Positions 24,501-37,472 of a stretch of DNA of 64,000 nt are shown here, piece by piece. The translations under genes were made by a program, and so were the position numbers. Position 1 is the stretch's first letter. Every line of letters begins with the position of its first letter. This stretch comes from Anaeramoeba ignava BMAN (taxonomy: Eukaryota > Protista > Anaeramoebae). Below the pieces are notes generated by a model that was not told the origin of the DNA, did no database searches, and saw only the letters and a list, made by a program, of their open reading frames with translations. The stretch is taken from NCBI GenBank assembly GCA_028826165.1, contig JAPDFW010000091.1, positions 1-64,000 on the forward strand, in the 5' to 3' direction.

Positions 24501-26309
24501 TTAATTTTGATTTTGATTTTGGTTATTAAATTTGTTAATTAATAAATCAAATAAATTTGGATTTGTTTGATTTAATTGGAAATAATCAATTCCAATTTGA
24601 ATTTCATCAATAATTTCTTGTGTAATTTCAATTTCATCTTTGATTTGATTTGAATAAATCCAATATTCAAATATTTGAAATGATTTATTACTTAATTCAC
24701 TATAATCTGTAACTTTATTAGATTTATCTTCTGTAACAGATAAAAACATTCCTCGATATAATTCACTTCTCATTATTAATATTAATTTTGGAAATTTATA
24801 TTGTTTTTCTTTTCTTTCAATTATAAAATCTTTTTCATTTTCATTTTCATTTGAATAAATTCTTTTCATTATTTCTTCAATTTTTTCATTGGAATTTATA
24901 ATTTCTTTAATTTCTGAATATAATATTGGATTTATAATTCTGTTTGAATAAATCATTTCAAATATTTGATTTGATTCTTTAATTGATTTATTTGAAATAA
25001 TTTCTTTAAGTTTTTCAATTTGATTTTGATTTTGATTTAATCTATATTTCAATATTAATTTATGAGCTTCAATTATTTCTCCATTTTCTGTTTTAAATGA
25101 AATATCACAAAATTCTTTTCTTTCAAATAATTTTAACAAATCTTCTTCAAGATTGGAAAAAGAAGGAGAATAATAAAGAAATGAATTGAAAAATGTACAA
25201 AGAATATGATAATTAGAAATATTTTCATTAAATCTTAATTTAGGAAGTTCAATTTGAATTGGAATTTGAATTGGTTGATCATTTGTATCTTCAGTTCCTA
25301 ATTCACCACAAGAATTACTTCCAAATCCTATTAATTTTGATTTAGATGTTAAAATCAAAGTATGTATACCACCAACAGAAAAATCAAGAATATTATCATC
25401 ATTTTCAAATAAAGATGATTTGATTTCAGTAAATTCATAAGTATTTTCATTTTTGCCAAGTCCATTTAATTTATAATCTCCACATGAATAAAGAATTCTT
25501 TTTGGATTTTGATTTGGATTTTCATTTTCAATCAACATTATTGAATAAGTTGATCCACATTGAATATCAATTATTTTACCTTTTGGAATATTTTGGATTT
25601 GTGTTAATTTTGGGATTTTTGTTTCTTCTTTTCTTGATTCTCCTAATCCAAGTTGACCAGAATAATTATCACCACATCCAAATAATTCTTGATTTGAATT
25701 TAAAAGAAAAACATAATTTGAATCAATTCCTGAAAATATTTTAGAAACATTTTTCATCATCAAAATTGGTTTTTCTGTTTTTTTAAGTGTTTCAGAATCA
25801 AAACCAAGTTGACCAAACTTATTTAAGCCAATTCCATAAGCATTTTGATTTGAAGTTAATAAGTAAATTGATTGAGGACCAGAAACAATATCTTGAATTA
25901 TTCTATCATTTGTATCTTCAATTAATGATGAAATATTGATAAATTCTTTTGGATTTTTTGGATTAAATTCATTTCCTTTGGCAAATACATTTCCTTCTAT
26001 TGTTAAAATAGCTTGATTTCTAGAAAAAACAGTTACTTTTTGAATATTTTCTTCAATTTGGATTTTTGAAGGATTTTGATTTAAATTTCTTAAATTTTTA
26101 TTTAAATATTCTACTGCTTTTCCATTTTTAAAAAGGAATATTGTTGAAAATAAACCTGATGAAATTTGTTTAATTTGTTTTTCATTTTCATTTTCATTTT
26201 CATTTTCATTTTCAAATTTAAATTGAATTGGTTTTGTTATTTTATCTGTTGGTCTATTTTGGAAAAGTCTTGGATCTGTATTTAAACCAAAAAATAAAAC
26301 TTCATTCAT
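24501..26309 (-). CDS. RCC1-repeat + BTB protein, copy 3
   Basis: Intact 602-aa ORF, highly similar to copy 1. Confidence 0.9.
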   Translation of the reverse strand: MNEVLFFGLNTDPRLFQNRPTDKITKPIQFKFENENENENENEKQIKQISSGLFSTIFLFKNGKAVEYLNKNLRNLNQNPSKIQIEENIQKVTVFSRNQAILTIEGNVFAKGNEFNPKNPKEFINISSLIEDTNDRIIQDIVSGPQSIYLLTSNQNAYGIGLNKFGQLGFDSETLKKTEKPILMMKNVSKIFSGIDSNYVFLLNSNQELFGCGDNYSGQLGLGESRKEETKIPKLTQIQNIPKGKIIDIQCGSTYSIMLIENENPNQNPKRILYSCGDYKLNGLGKNENTYEFTEIKSSLFENDDNILDFSVGGIHTLILTSKSKLIGFGSNSCGELGTEDTNDQPIQIPIQIELPKLRFNENISNYHILCTFFNSFLYYSPSFSNLEEDLLKLFERKEFCDISFKTENGEIIEAHKLILKYRLNQNQNQIEKLKEIISNKSIKESNQIFEMIYSNRIINPILYSEIKEIINSNEKIEEIMKRIYSNENENEKDFIIERKEKQYKFPKLILIMRSELYRGMFLSVTEDKSNKVTDYSELSNKSFQIFEYWIYSNQIKDEIEITQEIIDEIQIGIDYFQLNQTNPNLFDLLINKFNNQNQNQN

Positions 26310-26449
26310 TTTCTTTTTTTATTTATTATTTTTTTTAAATTTTTAAAAAGAAAAAAAATGAAAAAATGAAAAAATGAAAAAAATTTTTGAATTTAATTTT
26401 AAAATTTAAAATTAAAAAAATTCCAAAAGAACATAAACTTTTTGTTGAC

Positions 26450-27210
26450 TCAAATACAATTAGCGCAATAAAACTTTCCACCTTTCAAAGTGAAATCAAC
26501 GGAATAAAGCTCTTTTGAGCACTTTTCACAAGTGAAACAAGAAGAATGATAGTATTTATAATTGACAAACAATAGCACTTCCTCATCTATAGATTCACCG
26601 CATTTAGAACACTGAGGTAACGACCTAATAATTTTTGGATCGATCGACAGCGATTCTAAAGGAGCACATCTTGTACAATAATTATCACTGCCTGAGGTGA
26701 TATAATTGTTCTTTGGTAATTGTTCTCCACAAGATTTACAAACAAAACATTCAGGATCTTTTTTTTTTGATTTTTTTTAAAAAATTTGGATATTTCATTT
26801 TTATATCATTTTAACTAAACAAATACTCATTCCCATAAAAGCCAAGAATTAGCAAATTCCAAGCAAACATGGAATGATATTTTATAGTATTTATTTTTAC
26901 GGTAATAAAATGTTCCAACACGAATTTCTTTTTCTGTAATTTCCTTATTGCACGCCTTGCAAGTGTGTGATGGTTTGACAGCTGTAGATGATCTTGGAGT
27001 AAAACTTTTGCCATATCCTTTCTGTCCAAACAAGCTATTATGACATGGCTCGCAATATGCTTGGCCTTGATGCTCTAAAAACTTTCCTGGTCGAAGACGT
27101 GCTTTGCAAGAAGTGCATTTAAAACATGTTCTATGCCAATGTTCATTATGAAATACTATTTCTTCATTATGATATACTTTTCTGTGACATCCTGGACATG
27201 TATTCGCCAT
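26450..27210 (-). CDS. Triple LIM-domain protein; intron 26758-26900
   Basis: LIM1 CPGC..WHRTCFKC..C..YCEPC. Splicing C|AT restores the zinc-ligand His of LIM2 (YYHPECFVCKSC..YCTRC). LIM3 CSKC..YHSSCFTCEKC..YCANCI*. Confidence 0.9.
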
Positions 27211-27662
27211 TTTTTATATTCGTTTTTTTTTTTTATATTTGATTTTTTTGATTTTTTTTTTTTTTTTGAAAAGAGAAAAATGAATTTTTAATTTTTCAAA
27301 AATTTTTCTAAAATTTTTTTTTTCAAAATGTAATTTAATAATAATAAAAATAAAAAGATTGGAAATGGAAATTTTTATTGAATTTGGAATTTAAATGAAA
27401 AATCAAATAAAAATTAAAGAAAGAAAAATTGTTTTAAATTTGAATTTGTTCTTTTTGTTCTTTTTTTTTTTTTGAAAGAAATTTTTTTAGAATTTTTGGA
27501 TCAAATTTGATGAAAAAAAATAAATCAAATAAATCAAATAAATCAATTAAATCAATTAAATTAATTTTTTTTCCTTCTTAAAAACCTATAAATAAAAATA
27601 AAAATAATAATAATAATAAAAATAAAAATAAAAATAAAAATAATTATAATAAAAATAATAAT

Positions 27663-29618
27663 TTACGACATAATAAATCTTTCAAGATGCATAAATGGTC
27701 TTTCAATAAGGAAATAAACAATTAATGAAAAGAAATATGATAAAATAACATTAGTTGTTGTATTGAAAAATATTGGCATTGCTGAATAATTATAAAGTAT
27801 TCTTGAACTATAATCAACATTTGACATAATAATAGGATGAACCAGATAAGCATTATAAGTTAATTTAGCTAATGGTGTCCAAATATCAAGTGATAAAAAA
27901 TCTTTCACAATTGATTTTAATGTTGGATAATAATAATAAATAAATACAATTCCTGCTATTCCGATTCCCCATCCAAATTTAGAAAATCCAATATACCATG
28001 CACTTGTATTAACAGTCCATTTAGTTCCTAAATGCTTATAGTTATCATAAGGAATCATAACCATTGCAATTAATAAAGTAAGACTTGCCAAAAATATTGA
28101 TGTTGAAATAATATGTTGTTTGTATTTTGTGAATAATCTTTTGAATTTTGAATTTCTTATTCTTAATTGTTTTTCTTCTTCATCTTTTTCAATTAATAAT
28201 TGATTTTCATCATTTTCTTTTTGATTAATTTCATTATTCTTTCTGGATTTAAGTAAATATAAAAACATTGCAAGTGCACATCCAACAAGAAAAGGTGGAA
28301 TTCTTGTGTAAGGTTTTGTATAAATTTTATCATTATAATCTTCTTGAGTTGGTCCAAACATAATAAAATTAATATTCCAATGATGAACAATCCAAAAATT
28401 CAAAGCTATTGAAACTATAATAAAAACAGCAACTAATGATAATCCAATTAAAGGAAAGTAAAAGAAAGAATAAAGAAATATTGGACTAATTATATAAAAT
28501 TGTGTATCATTTGCTAAATACCAAACCCAACCTTTTTGTATTATTTATTTAAAATATTTTAAAAAATATTTAAAAAAGTGGATCAATTTTAGATAAGAAT
28601 AATTACCCATGCATTCATCTCCAAAATGTTTTGGATAAAAATTATTGAAAAAAAGAAGACTTGAATACCAATATTTCCCACATGTATCATCAATAATTGG
28701 TTTTAATTCACCAAAATAAGGGCCATCACCAAAGAAAATTGCAAGAAAAGTGAAAACAAGAAGTACAAATCCTAAAGATGGAAGAAGTCTCCAAAATCTT
28801 CATTTTCAAAAATATTTTAAATATATTGAATATTTTGAATATATTGAATATTTTAAATATTTTGAATATATTTTAAATATTTTGAATATTTTGAATATTT
28901 TGAATATATTGAATATATTTAATATTTTGAATATATTTTGAATATATTGAATATATTTAATATTTTGAATATATTAAATATATTAAATATTTTAAATATA
29001 TTGAATATTTTGAATATTTTGAATATTTTGAATATATTGAATATATTGAATATTTTAAATATTTTGAATATTTTGAATATATTGAATATTTTGAATATTT
29101 TGAATATTTTGAATATTTTTAATATTAATATTTTGAAAATATTGAAATATTGAATATTTTAAATATATTGAATATTTTGAATATTTTGGATATTTAATAT
29201 TTTGAATATTTTGAATATTTTAAAATATTTTGAATATTTTAAATATTTTGGATTTTGAATATATTGAATATTTTGAATATTTTGAATTAAAAATACCGAT
29301 GAAAATAAAATAATCCAATATTAAATTCTTGAATATTTTCAAATTAAAAAATACCGATGAAAATAAAATAATCCAATATTAAAACTTTTTCTTCTTTCAA
29401 ATGCTAAATGTGCCATTAAAAATCCACTTAAGAAAAAGAATGTATCAACTGCAAATTCTGCTCCTAAAATAAATTGGAATGGCCATTTACTTAATGGTCC
29501 TTTTTCATCAAATAAAAATACTTCATTGTTATATCCAAAAGATAATTGAATAATAACTGTGTGGCCTTTTTTTTTGGAATAAATCAATCAAATATCAACC
29601 AAATATTAATAAATTAAT

Positions 29619-29655
<37 letters not shown>

Positions 29656-30803
29656 TATATATTTCAAACCAAAAATAATCCAAAACATTGAAATAACTCG
29701 AATTCCATTTAAATATTTAAGACTTGTATCTGGAAATTTTTGAATTAATTTTTGCCAATTTGTTTGTAATGAAAGATTATTTAAACAATCAATTAACATA
29801 ATTTTCCATTTGCTTCTTTTTATTTCATATTCATCAGATTCTTCTTTTTGATTTTAATTTTGATTTTGATTTTGATTTTGATTTTGATTTTGATTTTGAT
29901 TTTAATTTTGATTTTAATTTTGATTTTGATTTTGATTTTGATTTTAATTTTAAATTTGATTTTGATTTAGATTTTGATTTTGATTTTGATTTTGAATTTT
30001 GATTTTAATTTTAATTTTGATTTTTATTTTGAATTTTGATTTTAATTTTAATTTTGATTTTGATTTTGATTTTTATTTTGATTTTGATTTTGATTTAGAT
30101 TTAGATTTTGATTTTGATTTTGATTTTGATTTTGATTTTGAATTTTGATTTTAATTTTAATTTTGATTTTGATTTTGATTTTAATTTAGATTTTAATTTT
30201 AATTTTAATTTTAATTTTGATTTTGATTTTGATTTTGATTTTGATTTTGATTTTAATTTTAATTTTAAATTAAATTTAAATTTTGAATTTACTAATAGGT
30301 TTGAGATTTGGAATAAATTTTGAAATTGTTCCAGAAATAACAAGACAACTTGAAATAATAACAATAATTAAAGTAATAATAACTCCTGCTGAATATTTTT
30401 TCTTAAAATTATCAGCACAAAAAACATCCATTGGTTGGTCAGAAACAGTTGCAAAACTATAGAAAATACTAATATAAAGAGAAACAGCAACAGAAACATC
30501 ATCTTGAGTGCATTCTTTTGGAATACAAAATCCCCATTTCAAAGGTGTAACTGTTCCAGATACATTTAATCCAAAACTAACAACACAATGATGTGCAGTT
30601 TTTAACATTGTACAAAGATCATAATCTCCTAAATCAGTTGGCATATCTTTTCCTGTTGCTAAAAATATCATTTCAACTCCTTCTGGATTTTGACCTGTTA
30701 TTGCTTCCATATATTTTTGTTGGCAAGTTGTTGGATCACATTTTATTAATGAAAAGCAAAATATTAATAAAATCAAAATAATTATTTGATTATTTAAATT
30801 CAT
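27663..30803 (-). CDS. NRF-6 family membrane O-acyltransferase (acyltransferase-3), paralog A; introns 29844-30292, 29566-29669, 28798-29354, 28532-28606
   Basis: Signal peptide, NRF domain LGDYDLC, LNGIRVISMFWIIFG|HT, FAVDTFFFLSG, FHR|FWRLLP, CMG|WVWYLANDTQF, YTKPYTR, PLAKLTYNAYLVH and IERPF. Confidence 0.9.
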
Positions 30804-31040
30804 TTTTTTTTTGATTTTATAAAAGAAAAAAGAAAAATGAAAAATGAAAAATGAAAAGACTAAAAATATGCGAAAAATTTTTGATTAATCAAAAAAAGAA
30901 AGAAAATTTAATTAATGAATAGTTTTAAATTTAATCCACTTTTTCCTTTTTCTTCTTAAAAAATCTAATTAAAAATTAAAATTAAAATTAAAATTAAAAT
31001 TAAAATTAAAATTAAAATTAGAAAATTAAAATTAAAAATT

Positions 31041-33188
31041 TTACTCAATAATAAATCTTTCAATATTCATAAATGGTCTTTCAATAAGGAAATAAACAAC
31101 CAAACCAAAAAAGAATCCTAAAATTCCATTAACTGTTGAATTATAAAGTAAAGCTAAAGTTGAATGATTATGAAGTATTCTTGAACTGTAACTAACAATC
31201 GCAATAACAAAAGGATGAACTAAATACGAACTATAAGTTAATTTAGCTAATGGTGTCCAAATATCAAGTGATAGAAAATCTTTCACAATTGATTTTAATG
31301 TTGGATAATAATAATAAATAAATACAATTCCTGCTATTCCAATTCCCCATCCAAATTTAGAAAATCCAATATACCATGCACTTGTATTAACACTCCATTT
31401 AGTTCCTGATTCTTTATAATTATCATAAGGAATTACAATAATTGCAATTAATAAAGTAAGACTTGCCAAAAGTATTAATATTGAAATAATTTCTGAAATA
31501 ATTTTTGATTTTGATTTTGATTTTGATTTTTGGATTTGATTTTCATCATTTTCTTTTTGATTAATTTGATTATTCTCTTTTGATTTAAGTAAATATAAAA
31601 ACATTGCAAGTGCACATCCAACAAGAAAAGGTGGAATTCTTGTGTGAGGTTTAGAATAAATTCTATCATCGAGATCTTCATGAAATTCACCAAATACATA
31701 ATAATTAATATTCCAATGATGAACAATCCAAAAATTCAAAGCTATTGAAACTATAATAAATGAGGAAACTAATGATAATCCAAATAAAGGAGAGTAAAAG
31801 AAAGAATAAAGAAATATTGGACTGATTATATAAAATTGTGTATCAACTCCTAAATACCAAACCCAACCTTTTTGTATTATTTAAAATATTTTAAAGGATA
31901 AATTATTCAGATTACTCAAATTTTATCAATTTAATTCAAAATACTCATGCATTGTTGACCAAATTGTTTTGGATAAAAATTGCTGAAGAAGAATAGACTT
32001 GAATACCAATAGTTCCCGCATGAATGATGAATGAATTCAATTAATTTTCCAAAATAGGGACCATTTCCCAAGAAAGGAGAAAGAAAAATGAAAACAAGAA
32101 GTACAAATCCTAAAGTTGGAAGAATTCTCCAAAATCTTCATTTTCAAAAATATTTTGAATATTTTGAATATTTTGAATTTAAATAATACCGATGAAAATA
32201 AAATAATCCAATATTAAAACTTTTTCTTCTTTCAAATGCTAAATGTGCCATTAAAAATCCACTTAAGAAAAGAAATGTATCAACTGCAAATTCAGATGCA
32301 AAAAGGAATTGAAATGGTAATCTATGGATTTGTCCTTTATCACCAAAATAAAAAGCTTCATTATTATATCCAAAAGATAATTGCATAACAAAAGTATGTC
32401 CTTTTTTGATTTTTCAATTTTTTGAAATGAGAGAATGAAAAATTTCCAAAATAATAATAAAGTGATATTTAAATAATAAAATGATTCAAACCATAAATAA
32501 TCCAAAAAATCGAAAGAACTCGAATTCCATTTAAATGTTTAAGAGTAGAATCAGGATGTTTTTGAATCAACTTTTTCCAATTAGTTTGCAAAGCAAAACT
32601 ATCAAAAAAATGAATCCAAAAAGTTTTCCAATTTGATTTTTTCAAATGATTTTGATTTTGATTTTGATTTTGATTTTGATTTTGATTTTGATTTGATTTC
32701 AAGAAAGTGCCAAAAAGAACAAAAAAAGAAAAAGCAGCAATCACAATCAAAGTAATAATAACACCAATGGAAACATTTGGATGGAAAGTATCAGCACAAA
32801 AAACATCCATTGGTTGGTCAGAAACAGTTGCAAAACTATAGAAAATACTAATATAAAGAGAAACAACATCAGAAACATCATCTTGAGTACATTCTTTTGG
32901 AATACAAAATCCCCATTTGAAATTTTTTATTATTCCAGATACATTTAATCCAAAACTAACAACACAATGATGTGCAGTTTCTAATATTGTACAAAGATCA
33001 TAATCTCCTAAATCATTTGGAATTCCTTGTCCTGTTGCTAAAAATATCATTTCAACTCCTTCTGGATTTTGATTTGTTATTGCTTCCATATATTTTTGTT
33101 TGCAAATTTCTGAATCACAATTTATTAATGAAAAATAAAATGTTATTAAAATGAAAATAATGATTTGATTATTTAAATTCATTCTCAT
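31041..33188 (-). CDS. NRF-6 family O-acyltransferase, paralog B; introns 32401-32491, 32136-32189, 31868-31944
   Basis: Same motifs as paralog A; three introns at homologous positions. Confidence 0.9.
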
Positions 33189-33367
33189 TTAAATTTAAAT
33201 TTGAATTTTGATTTTGATTTTGATGAAAAATGAAAAAAGAGAATTTGAATTGAAAAAAAAATAATATTGAATGACGTTATTGATTTAATTTTTAATTTTA
33301 ATTTTAATATGTTTTTTTTTAATAATAACAAAATGAGAATAAAAATAATCAGGAATAATTTAATTAT

Positions 33368-35423
33368 TTAAAGATTTTGTATTCGGTATTGATGATAATT
33401 ATCTAAAAGGAAAATCAATAAAGAATTTTCATTGAGTTGAAAATATTCAGGAATATCAAACATTTCCTCAACAATTTCTTGAGGTAAATCAGGTTGAATT
33501 TCATCAAAATATAGAAAATGAATAAATTGTTGAAAACTTGTATTAGATTTGCCACTGTAATCATTGACTTCATTTGAAGAATCTTGCACACTTAAAAACA
33601 TTCCACGAAACAAATCACTTCGCGCAATAAGTATTAATTTATGAACGCCGTATTTTTTATCTTCCTTTTTGATGTAAAAATCGGGCTTATAATTTGAGTA
33701 CAAAAATTGTAAATCTTGCAAAATGGATTTTCTTCCTTGTTTTGACTCGATCCAAGAATCATCTAATCCCATTTCGTGCATATATCCCACGAGGGATTGC
33801 TTTGTTTCTTCTTCTACATCAAAAATCCCTGTATATAAGAATTTGAGAATTAGTTGAATTTCGCGAGATTTTTTGGAACGAAGAGGGTAGAATAAATGAG
33901 AGAGTTTTTCAGAAATTAATTTTTCATCGCAGTTCTCTGGGAATTTGTCATGGAGACGCATGTATAGTATTAGTTGATGAGCATGGACCTCGCCGTCAAT
34001 GGAGCGAAAAGGAGAAGTCAGTGAATTCATTCCTAGAAAGTAAATTTTCCATGTCGTCAACAACAGAGTAGTAAAAAGTGAACAATAAATTAAGTTCGTT
34101 CTTGAAAACGTTGGGATTATGAAATGAGGAAGGGGAGTTATAGAACATGAACAACTTAAGATTGTGGATGTGTGTAAAAAGACAAGAGTAGTCAAAAGGG
34201 AATTTATTGTTTGAGTCTTTGACATGGAGATCTGCATGAGATTGGATCAGAAATTGAACAATTTCGAAATGATTATTTTGGCTTGCGTAGTGGAGAGGTG
34301 TTTTGCCGTGGATGTCTTGGGCATGAATATCTGCGCCGTGGGAGATTAAGTCCTTGATAATACGGATATTTGATCCGGATTTGCAAGCAAGATGTATGGC
34401 TGTTTTGCGCTTGGAGTCTTGCAGTAAAACACTATCCTTTTGGTCGAGAAACAACGAGACAATTTCTGGGTCGCATCTCCTCTTGCAGGCTATATGCAAG
34501 GGAGATCTGTTTTGTTTGTCGAGGGAGGATATATCTGCTCCTTTGTCAATAAGAAATTTAAAAGTGATTTTTATTGCTTTATAAAAACAAAGATAGTGTA
34601 AAGGTCGGTGACCATCATCATCAGCCTCGTTGATCTGAGCCCCGTGATCCAAAAGCAGCTGCATACATTCGTGAGATCTCGAGCTCATCGCGACCATATG
34701 AAGCGGCGTTCTGTCCTTTTGGTCCCTGATTTGAGTATTTGCGCCGTTTTCAACGAGAGTGCGAATTATCTCGATATTGGGATTCTCAGACCTGCAGAGA
34801 TAATGGAGCGGCGACTGGTTCTTTAGAGTGCATAAATCAGGGTTCGCTTTGTGTTGTAATAGTAATTCGATCTTATTGATTTCGCTGTTTTTTTCACAGG
34901 CAAAAAAAAGTGCCGAATTTCCAAACTTGTCGGTTGCGTTTATGTCTTTTGTGTGCTCTATTAATAACTGAACCGCATTGATCGGCAGCTTGAATAAAAA
35001 CGCATAGTGAAGGGGTAATCTTTTGAAGTCATCTGCAATTGACAAATCCGCATTTGCATCTAGTAGTAATTTTATTATTGTTAGATCTTGTATGTTTATT
35101 AAAGCTAAATGAAAAGCAGTTTTTTTGTTTTGATCTTGAATGTTCACTTTCGCTCCTTTTTTCAATATCAATTTGATCAGACCCGGTTTCGCGTTATTTT
35201 CGCATAGATAATGCAATGCTGTTCTTCCTTTTGAATCGCTTGCGTTTATGTTCTCGCTTTTTTTTATTAATTGCGAAATTATTTTGTCTTTTGCTTTTGT
35301 TTTACTTGCAAAAATTAATGGTGTTTCTTCATCTCTATTTAATATTTTAGTGATTCCTTGTGTTCGAAGAAGTGTTTTAACTTTTCTATTTTGATTTAAA
35401 GAAATTGCTTCAAAAATTTCCAT
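33368..35423 (-). CDS. Ankyrin-repeat + BTB protein with a +1 frame discontinuity at 34007-34010
   Basis: About 11 ankyrin repeats (TPLH/TALH), then EFTDFSF / RSIDGEVHAHQLIL and HKLILIARSDLFRGMF. The two ORFs join if one T of TTTT is skipped. Confidence 0.85.
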
Positions 35424-35684
35424 TTCCAAAAAAAAAAAGCAAAAAAAAAAATGAAAAAAATGAAAAAATTTTTTTTCCGTTCCACTTTTTATTTTGGTTC
35501 AAAAAAAAACAAATTTCAAAAAAAACAAATTTCAAAAAAAAAAAAAAAAATAAACTGTGCAATGTTTTCCAAGTTAAATTGATTTCTTAAAATCTTTCAA
35601 TAATCACAACAATCATAATTGAAATTCTTTTTCTTTTTCTTTTAATTTTAATTTTAATTTTAATTTTAATTTTAATTTTAATTC

Positions 35685-37472
35685 TTAAAGTTTTGCTAAA
35701 TTAGCGAATTGATTGCAAAAAACAATAAATTCTGCTGCTTCTCCTTGTTTGCAAATTAAGCGAATTTCGATTGAAGATTTTTGTTTGTAAATTTGACAAG
35801 CTAGAATTTTAAGTTTGATTTTAAGTTCACTTTTTTTAGCTTTAAGAGTAAAAATATTTGGATAATTCCAACGGAATTGGAGATGATCAAAAATTTGTTG
35901 AGAAGTTGAAATAATTTCCATGAGGGATTTCTTACTGATTAAAGAAACATAGTGATTTTTGACAAGATGCTGTTTTTCATTTTCAATTTCTAGTATTCCG
36001 TTTGTGATAAATTTTTCATCATATTTTAATTGGACATATTTCCTACTTGCTGTTCTTTTCCTTCTTCGAAATAAATTCCCAAATAATCTTTTTGTTTTAC
36101 TTGGTTTTTGGATTTCTTGTTCGTTTTCGTGGATTTTTTGTGTTTTTTTTGGGAGTTTAAATTCAATATTTGCTTTTTCCATTTTTTCGATATTATGAAC
36201 TAAATTGAATGAAAAGATTTTCAATTTTTAATTTTTAATTTCATTCAAATTTAAAATTTTTACCTTGAGTTTGTTTTTTTTCAAATAATAAAAGAGCATT
36301 TTTGTGACTGTTTTCTAAATCCAATTTTCGAGTATGTTTTGAATTTGATTTCTGATTAATTTTTGAAGTTTTCTTAATTTTTCTTGTCACAAAAGTGTAA
36401 AGGATTTTTTCCAAATTCTGGGATTCATTAGTTAAATTTTGAGTAATGATATCTTTTTCCCAACCAAGATTAGCTAATTGCTTAACAATATCTGAATCAA
36501 TTTTTTTGGGTTCAATTGGTTTATAAAATTTTCTTCGAAGAATTGATTCTGGAGGAATAAAATTATCAGTAAAATTTGAGCAAAACCAAGGATGTTTTTT
36601 AATTTCAGAGATTGTGATTCTTTTTTCAGGATCTACTTGTAGCATTTTGTTGATTAGATCTTTGATATCTGGTGCTACATCATCCGGGATTTGGTATAAT
36701 CCTCTTTTGACAAGCATTAAAACTCTTTTTATATTATCACCTTCGAATGGGAGTCTTCCGACTGTAAGAACGAAAAGGATAACACCACAACTCCAAATAT
36801 CACTTTTTCTTCCATCATAAGAATTTCCCTAATAGTAATATTATTAAATATTATTGAATATTATTAAATATTATTGAATATTATTAAATATTTTTGAATA
36901 TTATTGAATATTATTAAATATTATTAAATATTTACAATAATAACTTCAGGAGCTGCATAATGAGGAGAACCACAAGAAGTTTCAAACATTTGCTTTACAT
37001 CAAGCAATCCTGCCATACCAAAATCAGCAATCTTTAAATTTTCAAATTCATCAAGAAGTAAATTTTCTGGTTTTAAATCACGATGACAAATCAAATGATT
37101 ATGACAATACTCAACACCATAAATCAACTGTTGAAAAAAGCAAAGAGATTGACCTAAAGAAATGTATTCCTTGCGGATCAAGTACTCAAAAAGCTCGCCA
37201 GTTTGCATATATTCCATAACAACAAATAAGCTTTCATTTGATTCAAGAACATCAATCACTTTGATCACATTTGGATGATTTAATAGCTTCAAAACCGCTA
37301 TTTCTCTTTCTGCTTTGGTTCGCATTCTTTCTGTTTTCAATACTTTCGTTTTAGAGATCATTTTGATCGCAACTTGCTTTTTTGATTTAATATCTATCGC
37401 TAGTTTTACTTTTCCTGTTGCTCCTTCTCCTATTGTTTTTATTATTGTATATGAACCAATTTGTTGTGACAT
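35685..37472 (-). CDS. AMPK-related BRSK/SAD/Gin4-like kinase; introns 36829-36935 and 36200-36263
   Basis: GEGATGKVK, ICHRDLKPENLLLD, DFGMA, TSCGSPHYAAPEVII|GNSYDGRKSDIWSCGVILF, with UBA-like and KA1-like C-terminal regions. Confidence 0.9.

Noticed and set aside
26827-26975. PARP-type zinc finger suggested by CKAC..IRVG..FH
   Set aside because: Splicing at 26900/26758 yields a canonical LIM domain instead.
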